From Ktedonobacterales bacterium (GTDB lineage Bacteria; Chloroflexota; Ktedonobacteria; Ktedonobacterales; JADMIN01): DNA of 64,000 nucleotides. The notes under the pieces were generated by a model. It worked only from the letters and a program-made list of their open reading frames with translations. It was not told where the DNA came from and did not search any database. Both the position numbers and the translations under genes were made by a program. Shown in pieces: positions 63,725-64,000 of this stretch (positions are counted from its first letter, which is position 1; each line of letters opens with the position of its first letter). The stretch spans positions 2,134-66,133 of the forward strand of contig DASUBU010000211.1 of assembly GCA_035763125.1 (NCBI GenBank), read 5' to 3'.

Positions 63725-64000
63725 ATGAGATTCGCCAAACGCATGAGCCGCCTGGGCACCGAGACCGCCTTTGAGGTGCTTGTCCGCGCCAAAGCCCTTG
63801 AAGCGCAGGGCCGCGAGATCGTTCATCTGGAGATCGGCGAGCCGGACTTCGATACGCCCGCCAACATCGTGGACGCCGCAGCCGGTGCGCTGCGCGGTGG
63901 CGCGACGCACTACGTGCCGGCCGCCGGCATGCCGGAGCTGCGCGCTGCCATTGCCAGCGACGCCAACATGCGCCGCGGCCTGGACTTCAGCCCCGACAGC
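63725..64000 (+). CDS. Pyridoxal-phosphate-dependent aminotransferase, class I. Partial: the 3' end lies beyond the window.
   Basis: Hand translation gives MRFAKRMSRLGTETAFEVLVRAKALEAQGREIVHLEIGEPDFDTPANIVDAAAGAL. It is open to the window edge and therefore absent from the ORF track. Confidence 0.75.
   Translation, partial: MRFAKRMSRLGTETAFEVLVRAKALEAQGREIVHLEIGEPDFDTPANIVDAAAGALRGGATHYVPAAGMPELRAAIASDANMRRGLDFSPDS

Noticed and set aside
62243-63910. 555-aa minus-strand ORF covering the 2-hydroxyacid dehydrogenase locus
   Set aside because: The plus strand encodes an unmistakable D-2-hydroxyacid dehydrogenase, followed by an aminotransferase. The antisense ORF has no motifs.
1-64000. Search for tRNA, rRNA, tmRNA, RNase P and CRISPR arrays
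   Set aside because: No T-loop (GGTTCGAATCC-like) context with an acceptor stem, no rRNA-like conserved blocks, no RNase P GGAAAGTCCGGGC-type core, and no regularly spaced direct repeats were seen on either strand.

Overview
High-GC (about two-thirds G+C by eye) bacterial chromosomal segment, densely coding. I found no rRNA, tRNA or CRISPR array. The content hints at a Chloroflexota- or Actinomycetota-like monoderm: F420-type enzymes, Pro/Thr-rich linkers, a membrane-anchored NirK and GTAGGGGCG-type REP hairpins. Taxonomy cannot be established from this window. About 65 CDS are supportable. Recognisable modules are listed below.
- A Hen1-Pnkp RNA-repair pair at the left edge.
- An orphan ParA.
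- A hicAB toxin-antitoxin pair.
- A NUDIX-macro-DUF1089 operon.
- A TetR-controlled ABC exporter, and a second ABC-2 exporter.
- Three histidine kinases, one NarL-type response regulator and a sigma-70 factor.
- truB.
- One intact IS5-family insertion sequence plus IS relics.

The most interesting signal I can see directly is a 16-bp CRP-type palindrome (TGYGAC-YTTT-GTCRCA) present three times between about 35.8 and 40.9 kb. Each copy lies in a promoter region. The flanking genes are two DUF2249 genes, a cupin, a DUF59 protein, an uncharacterised polytopic membrane protein, a Crp/Fnr regulator gene and a copper nitrite reductase. Together they form a putative nitrite/NO-responsive regulon whose core members have no assigned function.

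Other points worth a second look:
- An IS5 hot spot with a decapitated gene and back-to-back terminal repeats.
- REP-like hairpins at operon ends.
- A stand-alone RNA polymerase alpha-CTD-like protein in an AT-richer islet.
- An Ogt fused to a C-terminal Ada-type zinc domain.
- Three unusually long ORF-free tracts.

All family calls are by-eye motif recognition on the supplied translations. No database search was run.
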